A DNA stretch of 64,000 nt from Eutreptiella sp. 'Long Island Sound 2002' (Eukaryota; Protista; Euglenida): positions 59,458,001-59,522,000 of the forward strand of contig OZ038378.1 of NCBI GenBank assembly GCA_964036045.1, given 5' to 3'. Positions 21,594 to 32,738 of the stretch are shown piece after piece. Made by a program: the position numbers and the translations under genes. Numbering within the stretch: the stretch's first letter is position 1; every line of letters starts with the position of its first letter. The notes below the pieces were generated by a model that did not search any database, was not told where the DNA came from, and saw nothing but the letters and a program-made list of their open reading frames with translations.

Positions 21594-23375
21594 GGGGATG
21601 GCAAGCTTCTAAAGTCGCGTGCTCCACGCGACAGAGGCGCCCGGATGCCACGCCCCAGATTATCGGCCAATGGCAAGCCCCGCCGACGGCCAGCTCGCAC
21701 TGTGGATGTTAATAGGGTGCTGTCACGTTATCAGTCGCCGGATATCCACGTGTCTTCAATTCAACTGGATGAGGCAGGAACCGAAGTCCTCCGGTTCCCG
21801 CTAAAGCCCAAGAATCGAAAGACCAACAAAATGGTTGAACTCGTAGTGTCATCAGGCATTCAGCTTAGTGATTCCCTCAATTTGCCTGAAATCATGGTTC
21901 CGGCTTTGGTTGACACTGGGGCACAAATTGAGGTCTTAGCTGGAGAAGAACTTTTCCCGAGCGCGGCACTGATCGACGCACCCCATCCAGTACAGTTGGT
22001 GACTGTAGGCCGTAAGCCCTTGTCAGGTGGTCGTAAGGGTGTCTTGTCTACCGTACGGGTACCGGTAGAAACACCTGAAGGGTTACGAGTGTTTAAGTGC
22101 GTACAAGTCTTCATACATGTGGCCGCCATAGGACCTCGCCTAATATTGGGGTTTCCCTTCTTGTTGAGGTATGGGTTAGCAGTAGTGCCTGGAAGGGATG
22201 CCCTAGTGAGTCTGGATAGTTTCCAGAGAAGGCGGAAGCCGGCTTATCAACATGGGGGTATGTCTGAGTATGCGCTGGAGGTGGCAGGAGCACATATTCA
22301 GGCTGAATATTCCACGGAGTTAGTTCGGCCGCGGTATTTTAAATGGGTGGCACCTGACATCACGCTGCAGTCGTGTTTGAGTGGCAAACAACATGTTGAT
22401 AAACGTACCACCAAAGCCCGTAGGTCTTCAGATGCCACCACGGCACCGACGGTCAGCTTTCTGGACAGCAAGCTTGAATATTTTCAGTCTGATTGTGTCA
22501 ACACACGTTGTCACCGCCCAGCGCACCTGGTATGGGACCACATAGGTCAAGTGCCCACAGCAGGCATGTGTTTTTGGTGTTTTCAGCGATCCTTCGGGGA
22601 GCCTGAGCCAGACTGGACTCCTCAAGAGTTGGCTCAACGTAGGAAGGGGGTATCGTACGAACCCCGTAGGTCAATCTCAGAGACAAAGGTCATCACGATT
22701 CCTTCATTATCACGCAGTCTCGCCAACCTACAAGGGGTGGTGGATCTCTCAGCCTACACCAACGAGCAACGCCCCCCTACCCCGACTCGGCGTCCTCGAC
22801 GTCCTTCAATCCCCATTCCCCCATCAGCCACAGAATCACCGGCCAATCAACAGTCTTTCGGGCCAGCTACGGCAGCCCCATCATCAGAGTCAGCCGGTCA
22901 AGAAGTTTCTCTTCCTCCCTCCCCTCCTCTCTCCTCTCCGCTCTCCCCCCCATGTATGTCTCCTACTCTCGTCGAACTCATTCAAGCTCATATTTCTTCA
23001 AATCCTCTTCGGGTCAAACAGGTCAGACCAGAATCCATTTTACCAACAAAGGGTACGCCCGGGTCCGCAGGCTACGATTTATACGCCGCGGCCGATATTC
23101 TTATTCCCTCCGGAGGACAGCAACGGGTACCCACGGGGTTAGCATTCACTACCCCCGCTCTCACTTACGGTAAGATTCAGGACGGGTCAGGGAACGCGAG
23201 CAAGTTAGCGTTAAGGGTAGGGGCAGGGGTAATCGATCACGATTACACGGAAGAAGTCGATATTTTATTAAGCAATCAAGCACCTCGGGATCATATGGTG
23301 CGGCAAGGAGACAAAGTCGCCCAAATGACCCTCGAACTTCATCTCAATCCTTTAGTTCAACCAGTCTCCGAATTA
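21594..23375 (+). CDS. pol: Pol segment 1: aspartic protease, spacer, dUTPase
   Basis: ALVDTGAQ...RLILGFPFL protease. dUTPase motifs AGYDL, GVIDHDY, GDKVAQ. In frame with gag across the TAG at 21591-21593. Confidence 0.85.
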
Positions 23376-23414
23376 TAAGCCACGGAACGCGGTTCCGGCG
23401 GGTTCGGTAGTACA
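23001..23414 (+). pseudogene. dut: Trimeric dUTPase domain within pol
   Basis: All five motif positions are present. Motif 5 (ERGSGGFGST) follows an in-frame TAA at 23376-23378. Motif 2 is altered (QDGSG instead of xRSG). Confidence 0.9.
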
Positions 23415-25247
23415 GACACACCCAAAGGTATGGTACCTCCCTCCCCGGGTAAGCCCCACCCCCCCTCCCAGGAAGAGGGAGTCCAAATCTCTCCAGTTTC
23501 ATCAAGCACACTAACCTTACTTTCTCCATCTCGCGCACAAGAGTACGTCCTCTTGGTGTGCACATATATTACCCTTTGGGTGGCGGCGCACAGGGCTGGC
23601 ATGATTCAGGCGGGCAGTGAGACCGCTGATCAGGGTTCTGCAGCGAACCAAGCCCTGGGGCTAGTGCAAGGACTTGTATGTTCTTTGTTGCTGGCCTATT
23701 CAGACAGCATCAAGGGTCACAATCATGTAGACCCAGCCAACAGTGGCGATCTGTCGGGTACGGAGCAGTTTCCTCCGGTACCTACACATAAATCCAAGGC
23801 CTTGGTCCCAGTACGACACGCTGGACCTGCAATGGGCGTTGGTCTGCCACACAGGGTGGCAGTTTTGCTTGCTAACACATTAGCGGAGTTCACTGGTACT
23901 GAACCAGAGTTGGTTGTAGAGGAGGCCACAGGTAGCATGGAAACCGAGTTACCAAGTGTCAGTAACCGCGCCACGGTAGGCCACCCCGGCGCCAACCCTT
24001 CGGGGTGGGGATCGGCCCGTATAAACTCAGCTCAGGTTACCGAGTTGAGGGCGGTTACATGTGAAAGTCTGGCGTTGACAGACTTAGATCTGTGGGCGGA
24101 TTCTGAAAATTCAGACTGCGCGACTGATTCTAGAGTCAGTTCTGACATTGCAGCTAGCGACACCGGCGGTGGTGGGCCGTCCAAGGTGCTACGAAAGAGC
24201 ACCAAGGCGGTTAAGTCCTCATTCCGTACCCATGAGGGTCGAGGCAATATTCGGCATGTTCAGGCGGCGGCCAGACGCAAAGCGCGGCAAAAATGGCTGC
24301 GTGATAGGGATGATTTGGCAGTCCGCCAGGATATTGTCCTTCGCATTGAGCGATGGGCTAAGTCGCTGGTTGACAAGTGTCATTTCCGGGAATTTACGGA
24401 TGTATTCAGTAGTAAACGGCTTGCTCGTTTCCCGAAATATTGGGATGAGCAAAAGGACGGGTTGTCACAGCCATGGGCCGGAGAGAACCTTTGGTTACAT
24501 CCTCCCGATAGGCTGTGGGAGCAAACCGTTCAAAAGTTGAAGTTTGAGCAAGGCCAAGGTATCGCTATTGTCCCGACATGTAAGGATAGGGATTGGTGGT
24601 GGTCGCTGAGCGAGGTGGTAGTAGACTGGGTGGATGTGCCGGTCGGTGAACCTCTTTTTGTAGATCATGATGGTAAGGTACGCTCAGCCGATAGGGAGTA
24701 TCATATAGTTGTAGTAGATGCGCTAGGATGGACTCCTGAGGAGTCACAGGCGGAACCAGCGGATACCGCCGACAAGCAGCGCGCTGTATGGGACTCGACC
24801 CTTCCCCGCGGGGATTGTGTCGCCCTACACCCGCACGACTGCACAGTTTCCGCTCCCTTTTCACACACACACCCCAAGCCTTCCTTAGAGTCGCTCATGC
24901 ATGGTACTTCTAACCATCTAGTACAACAGGTTTCGTCCGTACAGGTCGAATGCCGCCAGATGCAGCGACGGGCACATCGCGAAGCAACCAAACGGGCCAA
25001 GTCAGGGGACATCAGTCAGTCAGAGTCCGAAGCATCCCCAGGTCCCGATAACTCCAGTATGGAGGAGTGTGATACCATGCATGAGCGGCCATTGGTAACT
25101 ACACCCCCGGTAATGAATGTGTCTTGTGTGGATAGGTCTAGTCTGGGTCCTAGGGAGATAAGCCAGCATGATTGGGTACAAGGCTACCGCCGCCACATCC
25201 GGTCTGTCATCAAGTCGGATGAGGACTGGGAAGGATGTGAAGACCTC
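23379..25247 (+). CDS. pol: Pol segment 2, containing a Dam/DIRS-type adenine-methyltransferase-like domain (~24300-24730)
   Basis: DDLAVRQDIVLRIERW...TDVFSSKRLARF..YW...DGLSQPWAGENLWLHPPDRLWEQTVQKL...GIAIVPTCKDRDWWWSL follows the DxFAS...W...W-NPP...K...P.W...W pattern. Confidence 0.65.
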
Positions 25248-25250
25248 TAA

Positions 25251-27281
25251 GCCAAAATTATGGCTCGGTATGAAAAAACCGTTTTTCATCCCATTCGCAC
25301 TCAAGATGTGACCCCGGAAGCCAAAAAGGCAAGAGGGCCACATTCTACGCTCCGCTTGGAGCTCTTGCCTGAACATGCTGGCCCCAGAGCTGACAAGCCC
25401 ATACGAGCCGTGGGTGAACATGAAAAAGCGTTATGGGATAAAATCGTGAAGTTCAAGGACCGTGGCATGCTACGAGATGCAAAAGGGCAGCCACAATGGG
25501 TCGCCAGAGCGTTCTTGGTGCCAAAGCCAGGAAAAAATGATTGGCGGTTGGTCATTGACTACCGTCATCTTAATTCCTGCTTAAAGGGCAACAGTTTTCC
25601 GCTGCCTGTCATTGAGGACCAAATTGCCAACCAGGAGGGCAATTTTATCTTCTCCATCATCCATTTGGAGGATGGTTTTCATCAAATGCATCTGGAGGAG
25701 AGCAGCAAGCATCTTACTGCCTTCTGTACTCCATTTGGCATTTTTGAATGGAATGTCCTTCCAATGGGTGTTAAGGTGGGGCCTGCAGCCTACCAACAAA
25801 TGGTCCAATATGTGACACGCAATTGTCCTCAATCCCGACCCTACATTGATGACATTCTATCGTCGTCAGGGCGGAATGTTTTAGAGCCGGACAAGCTCAC
25901 AATTGAGCAAAAACAACAACCGGGAACGCTCAAGAAATACTTTGAGGCGCATTATGAGGACCTGTGCAAGATGTTTGATGCACTGGAGGAGGCTCAGTTA
26001 ACAGTTAAGCCCTCCAAGGTCCATCTATTCAAACGGATTGTCCAGTATGTGGGTCACATCCTTAAAGATGGATGTCGATATCCGAGTCCCACCAAAATCT
26101 CAGCAGTAAAAGAATGGAAATGGGAGGATATCAAAACAGCCAAGCACATGAAGGGATTCCTTGGGCTCGTGGGCTGGTATCAGGTGTATATTGACAAATT
26201 TGCCCAAATGGCGGCACCGCTGATGAACGCCCTCAAAGGCAAATATCAATATGAGCCCAGGGACCCTAATGCCCCACGGACATCCACTGGAGTGCCTCAA
26301 AAGAGGAAGAAAATCAAGTTAACACCTAAGGAAGCCCGAATTCATTGGACCGATGAAATGAAAACCAACTTCGAGGCCCTTAAGAATGTGTTAACCGAGA
26401 AAACCAGGCTGTACTTACCCAAGCCAGGCCTGCCGTGGCGCATCATCACTGATGCGTCCAATTATGCAGTCGCTGGGGTCCTTGAGCAGCAGCAGGAAGA
26501 TGGTAACTGGCACCCAGTTGCCTTCTATTCCCGCAAGCTGCAAGGGAACAAGGCCGGCGTCAATGGGAGTACCAAAAACACAGGGCAGTTTGCCTGGACT
26601 CCAAGGGAGCAGGAAACATATGCCATTGTGTGTTGCCTGTTGAAATTTCAGTCATGGATCGGAGGATCTGCAGTTGACATCCAGACTGATCATTCAGCCA
26701 TTGTGAAATGGTACAAGGAGGACTTGTGTACAATTTCTGGGCCGTTAGGACGGCGGGGACGTTGGCATGAGTTTTTGAGCCGGTTCAACCTTATTATTAC
26801 TTACCGTCCAGGTGAGGAGAATCAGGTTGCCGATGCTCTTTCTCGGTTTGCCTATCCAGCAGGAGAGGCCCAAGACACCAACTTCCATGGTGGGGATGAT
26901 GACCTGGCTGGATGGGAGGAAGCCGAAAAACAGGAATGGCAGTCTGTGCGTGATTACCTTAAAACAGCGGAGCCCGAAGCCTTTTCCCATGAGCAAGCCA
27001 TGCTTAACCAGCTACAGGTAGCCACAGTGGCTGCACTACAAGCGGTTAAGTCGGTCAACACGGTTGAGGCCGAGGCACCCTACGTCGCAACAGACGGGTC
27101 CAAGTTTAGCACTCTGGAGGAGCTTTTCATCCACTCCGTGGGGGACGAAAGCCTGGCAGGGCCATCAAGCCGCTGTCAGACGCGTCCCCAGATCGTGAAT
27201 GGTCGAAAATACACCCGTGCTCAAAAGAAGAGACTGAATTTGGACTCTAAATCCGACACAAGGCACAGTTGGCATCACTGA
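25251..27281 (+). CDS. pol: Pol segment 3: reverse transcriptase and RNase H
   Basis: DWRLVIDYRHLN, IIHLEDGFHQM (Asp replaced by His at 25662), VLPMG, YIDD (25842-25853), IITDASNY, EQETYA, TDH, NQVADALSR. In frame with segment 2 across TAA 25248-25250. Confidence 0.95.
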   Translation, partial: AKIMARYEKTVFHPIRTQDVTPEAKKARGPHSTLRLELLPEHAGPRADKPIRAVGEHEKALWDKIVKFKDRGMLRDAKGQPQWVARAFLVPKPGKNDWRLVIDYRHLNSCLKGNSFPLPVIEDQIANQEGNFIFSIIHLEDGFHQMHLEESSKHLTAFCTPFGIFEWNVLPMGVKVGPAAYQQMVQYVTRNCPQSRPYIDDILSSSGRNVLEPDKLTIEQKQQPGTLKKYFEAHYEDLCKMFDALEEAQLTVKPSKVHLFKRIVQYVGHILKDGCRYPSPTKISAVKEWKWEDIKTAKHMKGFLGLVGWYQVYIDKFAQMAAPLMNALKGKYQYEPRDPNAPRTSTGVPQKRKKIKLTPKEARIHWTDEMKTNFEALKNVLTEKTRLYLPKPGLPWRIITDASNYAVAGVLEQQQEDGNWHPVAFYSRKLQGNKAGVNGSTKNTGQFAWTPREQETYAIVCCLLKFQSWIGGSAVDIQTDHSAIVKWYKEDLCTISGPLGRRGRWHEFLSRFNLIITYRPGEENQVADALSRFAYPAGEAQDTNFHGGDDDLAGWEEAEKQEWQSVRDYLKTAEPEAFSHEQAMLNQLQVATVAALQAVKSVNTVEAEAPYVATDGSKFSTLEELFIHSVGDESLAGPSSRCQTRPQIVNGRKYTRAQKKRLNLDSKSDTRHSWHH

Positions 27282-28993
27282 ACATGATTGAGACTATGTC
27301 TTCCATGAGTTGGCATATGCCGGGGGTGGAAACCCTCGTTGTCGGAGACATAGAAGCCATTAAAGTGCCCCCCGCAATCTCTGTCCTTTATGATGCCTGG
27401 TCCTCCCACTATGAGCTTGACCCGTTCTTTGCTCCCCACTGGGATGCTTTACGGCAGCACAAGTTCATTGAGGTTGACGGACAGTCATATACACTGCATA
27501 ACAATAAGGTGCGAAGCAATGGACGTGTGTGTGTACCATATGACTTGGTCAAACAAGTCATCAAAGCTTGCCATGAGTATGCACACCCTGGCATCAGAAA
27601 AACCCTGGAAATTTTCAACCGGAAGTATTCTTGTGCATATCAATTGAAAGAACTACACCAAATGGTGCAATCAATTGTCAATAAGTGCAATATTTGCGGC
27701 CAAACTAAGGGCCGTAAGGCTTTACAGCCACAGTCCAATCATCCTGCACCAGTACCTGAGTACCCGTTTGCATCAGTCTGTGTTGACTTTTGTGACCTCA
27801 GCGGACGTCCTTGTACCGCAAACGGCAACACATATGATTATGTTTTGGTCGTCGTTTGCCGTTTAACGGGCTATGTGGTGGCAGTGCCATGCAGTAAGAC
27901 CCTGACCGCACTTGGTCTAGCGGATCTATATCTGGAGAGGGTGGTGCCCGTCATGGGTATGCCCCAAGAGATCTTTTCAGACCAGGACCATCTGGTTACG
28001 GCCGAGTTCTTCAGCGAACTCTGTAAACTATCAGGGATCAGCATGAAGCAATCCACCATCAAGAGACCCCAGTCAAACGGGCGTGCGGAACGAGCAGTTC
28101 AGGTGGTCGTTGAATCCCTCAGGCAGTGGCTGGTGAAAACAACTCAGCAAAACTGGGCGCAGTTGTTGCCACTAGCCATCTGGGCTTCCAACGACATCCT
28201 TGGCCCGATCAGTGGGTATTCGCCACACTATCTAGTGTTTGGCCGCAATCCCATTGGATTTGGAGACTGCCCACCCATTCTTCCCCAATCTGAGTGTCGG
28301 GATGCAGTTGGATTCTTCCAACAGTTGGTGCAGGACCGCCGCTACGTACGGGACTCCCTGAATAAGATTCACCGCCGTAAGGCGGAGGAATTCCGAAAGG
28401 CGCACCCTCCCCATGTCTATGTCTTTGGGGAGAAAGTCTGGTACAGGGACTACAAGACTAAGAAAGGTACTGATAAGCTGCATCGGGTCTGGGAAGGACC
28501 AGGTGAAGTCCTTCAGCGCCTAGGCAGCAATACTTACTTGATAGCTACCGAACGAGGCGAAATGGCGCTAGACACTATGCGTCTCAAGCCTTACGTGGCC
28601 CCTGAGGAGGGTACTCCTCCTCTGCACTACTATACGGACCAGGATTTTCTGGTCGAGTCCGACAAGTACGTCATTGAGGACATTGTTTCTCATACGACGG
28701 TTGGACGGGGGCGCCGTAAGCACATAGAGTGGGAGGTCAAGTACAGGGGGTACCCAGAGACCGAATTTCAGCCCGCTAGTGCATTCATGCACGATATTAA
28801 TGATCTCTGGACCCAGTACAACAAGAAACATAAAATTGACCTCCAACTTAGCGACATTCGCCAAGTGCTGGCCCGTTCGGCACCAAATTCTACATTGGAT
28901 GCGGAGTTTGAGGCCCGTCTGGTTATCCAGACTACGCAACGTACGGCCTGGAGGGCCTTGGTAGCCTCATTTAAGAATGATACACCTTTTTAG
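27269..28993 (+). CDS. pol: Pol segment 4: integrase with C-terminal chromodomain
   Basis: HHCC zinc finger (CHEYAHPG...CNICG), VDF/SDQD/ERAV DDE core, WEGPG (GPY/F), chromodomain YVIEDIVSH...EWEVKYRGYPETEFQP. Reads in the -1 frame relative to RT. Confidence 0.95.
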   Translation: MASLNMIETMSSMSWHMPGVETLVVGDIEAIKVPPAISVLYDAWSSHYELDPFFAPHWDALRQHKFIEVDGQSYTLHNNKVRSNGRVCVPYDLVKQVIKACHEYAHPGIRKTLEIFNRKYSCAYQLKELHQMVQSIVNKCNICGQTKGRKALQPQSNHPAPVPEYPFASVCVDFCDLSGRPCTANGNTYDYVLVVVCRLTGYVVAVPCSKTLTALGLADLYLERVVPVMGMPQEIFSDQDHLVTAEFFSELCKLSGISMKQSTIKRPQSNGRAERAVQVVVESLRQWLVKTTQQNWAQLLPLAIWASNDILGPISGYSPHYLVFGRNPIGFGDCPPILPQSECRDAVGFFQQLVQDRRYVRDSLNKIHRRKAEEFRKAHPPHVYVFGEKVWYRDYKTKKGTDKLHRVWEGPGEVLQRLGSNTYLIATERGEMALDTMRLKPYVAPEEGTPPLHYYTDQDFLVESDKYVIEDIVSHTTVGRGRRKHIEWEVKYRGYPETEFQPASAFMHDINDLWTQYNKKHKIDLQLSDIRQVLARSAPNSTLDAEFEARLVIQTTQRTAWRALVASFKNDTPF

Positions 28994-29100
28994 GCGTAGT
29001 TCACTACTTCGGGCTGAATTTTGTGTGTCTTGTTGCCCTTGTCATGTGCCACATCACCTTCCCTGGCTATGTGCAGAACTTTATATAGCTTTATATAGCC

Positions 29101-29946
29101 ATGCATGTTCAATCCAAGCTTGGTTCCCATTCGCAGCTTATTGGTCCACGTTGTATTGGGATTCATCAAGACCACCAAGCGCTTTGGGAAATGGTGTGTG
29201 CCAGGATGCGGAACGAGGTCAACTTAGCCGGTGCTCAGGCCATGGTCATGGTGGTGGGGTTATGGCAAGACGGGATACTGCAGCTCTCCATGGGTAAAGG
29301 CAAGCCTGTGTGCCATGTCATGCCCATGCCTATGGCCTGGGTGGTGTTCTTCACACCCAATCTATTGCACGGAGTATGGAAGGCCAACCCTGAGGCAACG
29401 GGAGCACGGGCGAGCATCACGTACCGTGGGTACCTCGCGCCGGAGTTCTTGAAGGACTCGGTGGTGACTCAGCAAGATGCGACGGACTTGTTTGAAGTCC
29501 CGGTGGATCTTGAAGGCCCGGGTGTCCAGGTCTTTACGCTGAGTGCCGGGTTCCTCATCGCCGTGTCCCCACGCCGACACCACCAGAAACACCACTTCTT
29601 TGAGGAGTGGAAGATGTCGTGGGATGTCTTGCCGGAGTCCCGTCATTGTCCTGGTGACCGTCGAGCGTGCCAAGCGGGCCCCCAGTTCAATTTCCGTGAA
29701 GGGGGCGTCTCAGGCCATGTGGCCATCCCGCCGGCCCTCGAGACCTCCATGGCAACGTCAATGTCATGGCCTCCGATGTGTGACTACCGGTTCTGGATCA
29801 ACCAGGCAATTTATAACTGGTACCCGGGTGACGACCACGATTGGTACACAATGGTACCGTGGCACGTCCGGAAGCCCAATGCCAACAAGGCCCGGAAGAA
29901 CCGTCGGGCCCGCAATGCGAAAGAAGGTGTGGTTATAGGGCTTTAG
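29101..29946 (+). CDS. Extra ORF after integrase: AlkB-type 2OG-Fe(II) dioxygenase domain plus an unknown C-terminal region
   Basis: IGIHQD (HxD at 29164-29172), LLHGVW (His 29368) and RASITYR (R-x5-R at 29407-29427), with ALKBH2/3-like spacing. Confidence 0.65.
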   Translation: MHVQSKLGSHSQLIGPRCIGIHQDHQALWEMVCARMRNEVNLAGAQAMVMVVGLWQDGILQLSMGKGKPVCHVMPMPMAWVVFFTPNLLHGVWKANPEATGARASITYRGYLAPEFLKDSVVTQQDATDLFEVPVDLEGPGVQVFTLSAGFLIAVSPRRHHQKHHFFEEWKMSWDVLPESRHCPGDRRACQAGPQFNFREGGVSGHVAIPPALETSMATSMSWPPMCDYRFWINQAIYNWYPGDDHDWYTMVPWHVRKPNANKARKNRRARNAKEGVVIGL

Positions 29947-31794
29947 CCTACACTTGCGGTCTCAACCCTTCCCGGTAAAGTGTGTAGTGGCATAGTCTAA
30001 TGATCTCGGCCCTTCCTTCGGGATTGTGAGTCCTGATCTCGTCCTATTTGCCAAATTCTGCAGTCAAGAGGGTTGGGACATCAGAATTTCAGGACCAGGC
30101 AGAAATTTTGACCCTACATTCTGAATTTCAGGGCCAATCAGAATTTTTTTTTTGACCTCGCACTGAATTTCTGAATTTCTGTTGGCCCGGTAGCTAAAAC
30201 TGAGGCACTGCGGACCTATTGTCTTGACATTGTGATAGGATACCAATTTTCTGAATTTCTGGTTTGGGTTCGGCACTTCTTGTGTGGCCCTACCGTCACG
30301 GTGAGGATCCCGAGGCTCGGCCCTTTGCGTCATTGTGGCCCTGCCGTACGGATGTCATGCATGGATCCGTTGTGCATCACACTTGAGCTCCCCTTCTCAT
30401 TTTTTCAGGATCAAACAAGCATCAGAAATTTCAGTGATATGCAAAAAAAAGTACCGTGAATTTCTGAGGTATTGCATTGCTACCTTGTGAATCCTTCGCC
30501 CGTTCCTTCGGGAGTGCGTGGCCTGGGGTTTGCCGGGTTCAAGCGGGTAGTTCGACCCCTTGCTTTGAAGCATGAGTGGTCCTGCCGCACCGCTTACGAG
30601 TGATGAGGGGCCTCAGCCGCTATTTCCCTCTCTCCATGTGTTCGGTAGCATGTTAAGTTAGGGTTCATCACATTTGCAAACATGTCATACCCTGCTCTGC
30701 ACCCTTTCGGCCCGTGTGTCGGAAATGCGTGGCCCTAGGCGGTGTAGGGCACATTACATTGCTCGACCCCTTCCTTATTAGGTTGTGTGGTCCTGTTTTT
30801 GCTTTGGTAGGGTGACAACATTCGTTTTTGTGCCATCTCTTCTCCATATTTCTCCTCCACCCCCTGAAGTTGTCCTGAAATGTCCAGCAGTGAAGTACCC
30901 CCCTTCCCATGGGTACAGGGGGCCGGTTTTGGTTACAGGGTGGCTAAAACGGGTGGGAATTGGTGCATTGGGTCCCAAGGGGCCACCAGAATTTTACGAA
31001 ATTCATTTTTGATTCATTTTTGAATTTTTATAACATTCCTGGTCGGTCCCAGGGGTCCAGCCAGCCAGTCAGTCAAATTCTTCCTCCCCTCCCTTGTTCC
31101 CATCCCGATTCCCCTGCTCTTTGTCTTTCTCTTTGTTTTTGTTCTTTGTGTTCGCCAGCCATCGCGTTCAGGTGTCCAATGCCCGAGGCCGGGGTCCGCG
31201 TGGCCGAATTTCAGCTCAATCCTTCCCCGAAGTCCGAATTTTAATTCTGTAAGTCTATGCCTCAACCCAGCTCCGACAGTTTGCAGTGCGTGTACCGTCT
31301 TGTCCACCAACGCCATGTCCGCGTGTACGCACGGTAAACCACATGTCTCAGTGCGTGTACCGACTTCGTTGGCATCGCCATGCTCGCGTTAGCGCACGGT
31401 AAACAACGAGGGTCAGGGTCAGGGTAGGGTTCAAGCCCCCTCCCCGAGGCAATTCGGGCGTGAGAGGTGACAGCCCCCCCCCCCCACAACCCATAATTCA
31501 GGCTGCAGAATTTCTACAGCCCGACAGGGTCACTTTGGGAGGGTCACAGGGGTACACAGGCGGTTACAGTGAGCCTGAAATTGTTTCACACGCCTCAATG
31601 GGGTCCCAAAGGACTCTTAGAACTTTACGAAAACATTTTTCGACCCGTTTTCAATTTTTGGCGCGATTCCTGGTCGACATCAGGAAATCAGCCAGCTGTC
31701 AGCCAGAATTCTGACAGCCCCCCCCCCCCGCCCCTCCGGGGTGAAAGTATGTTTTTCACCTCCGGGACCCGGGCGGGTGATATGGGGTACACTC

Positions 31795-32560
31795 CCCCCT
31801 ATTTTAGGGATGCCGAGTACAACCATATACTCTCTTCCCGCCAATTGACACCTAAGCGGCACTGTGAGGTACAGATTAGATCCAGATTGACAGTTTTTTA
31901 CTGCATCAGAGCGAACACCAATTTTTGATGCCAAAAATGGGGTTTTTGCATTTTTCGTCCGATATTGGCGATGAAAGTGTGTAAGCCCCCTATTCTGGGT
32001 ATGCCGGATTCAGTTCGGATGCCGGTTTGGACCCACGGGACACTGATTCACCCCCCCCCCCCCCTGCTGCTGCAGATTCTGATTTCTGGCTGGCATCAGG
32101 CAAAAATCGATTTTTTTTGACAAAAAATTCAATTTCTGTCAAATTTTTGCCATAGGGGGTCCATTTCATATACAACCCCCCTATTTTGAGGGTGCCTGAC
32201 GCACTGGCGACCCTCGTTTGCCACCAGATGAGGTCCTGTGACCTGCAGCAGGGTGCAGGATGGTGCTGTTTGTCAAATTTCAGCACCGCACATTTTTCCA
32301 AGGGGCTGAAAATGCTCTTTTTTGGGAAAATTGACCAGAACTGATGTCCAGCACCCCCAACCCCCCTAATTTGAGGGTGCTGAGATCAAATATGATGCTC
32401 GTTTTGCGCCATATCACAGTGGGATGACAGAATTTCCATTTTTCAGTGTCCAGAGTTCATTCTTCCCGTTTGTCATTTTTTTCACGGTGAAAATGGGAAT
32501 TTCAGCTTAAATGGTCCAGCCTGAAGTACAAGCCTCATACCCCCCTATTTTGAGGGTGCC
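31795..32560. repeat. Five copies of a CCCCCTATTTTGAGGGTGC-like motif at ~180-190-bp spacing with dissimilar spacers
   Basis: Copies at ~31795, 31986, 32176, 32361 and 32540. Confidence 0.7.
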
Positions 32561-32738
32561 GGATTCAACTGTGACATCCGTTTGCTCTCAAATAGCCTCA
32601 GTGCATGGCCATGGGCCTGTGGGGGTCGGTGACATACTTCCTCCAAAGAAATCCCTCAACCCCTTTTCATTGACGATTTTTTTGCCAATTTGGGTTGAGA
32701 TCGACCACGTGCATGGCCGGGACACCATGACGTAGTCT

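Noticed and set aside
21591-25250. Non-standard genetic code (TAA/TAG read as Gln) to explain in-frame stops in pol
   Set aside because: Open frames of 500-1500 codons elsewhere contain no TAA/TAG, and other elements are broken by TGA instead, so sporadic mutation explains the TAAs better.
27251-27281. Programmed -1 frameshift between RNase H and integrase
   Set aside because: No slippery heptamer in the 30-nt overlap; a 1-bp mutational indel or sequencing error is more likely.
29101-29946. Envelope gene
   Set aside because: No signal peptide, furin site or C-terminal transmembrane anchor; the dioxygenase motifs fit better.
31795-32560. CRISPR repeat-spacer structure
   Set aside because: Spacers of ~165 bp are far too long, repeats are degenerate, there are no cas genes, and the context is a eukaryotic retroelement.
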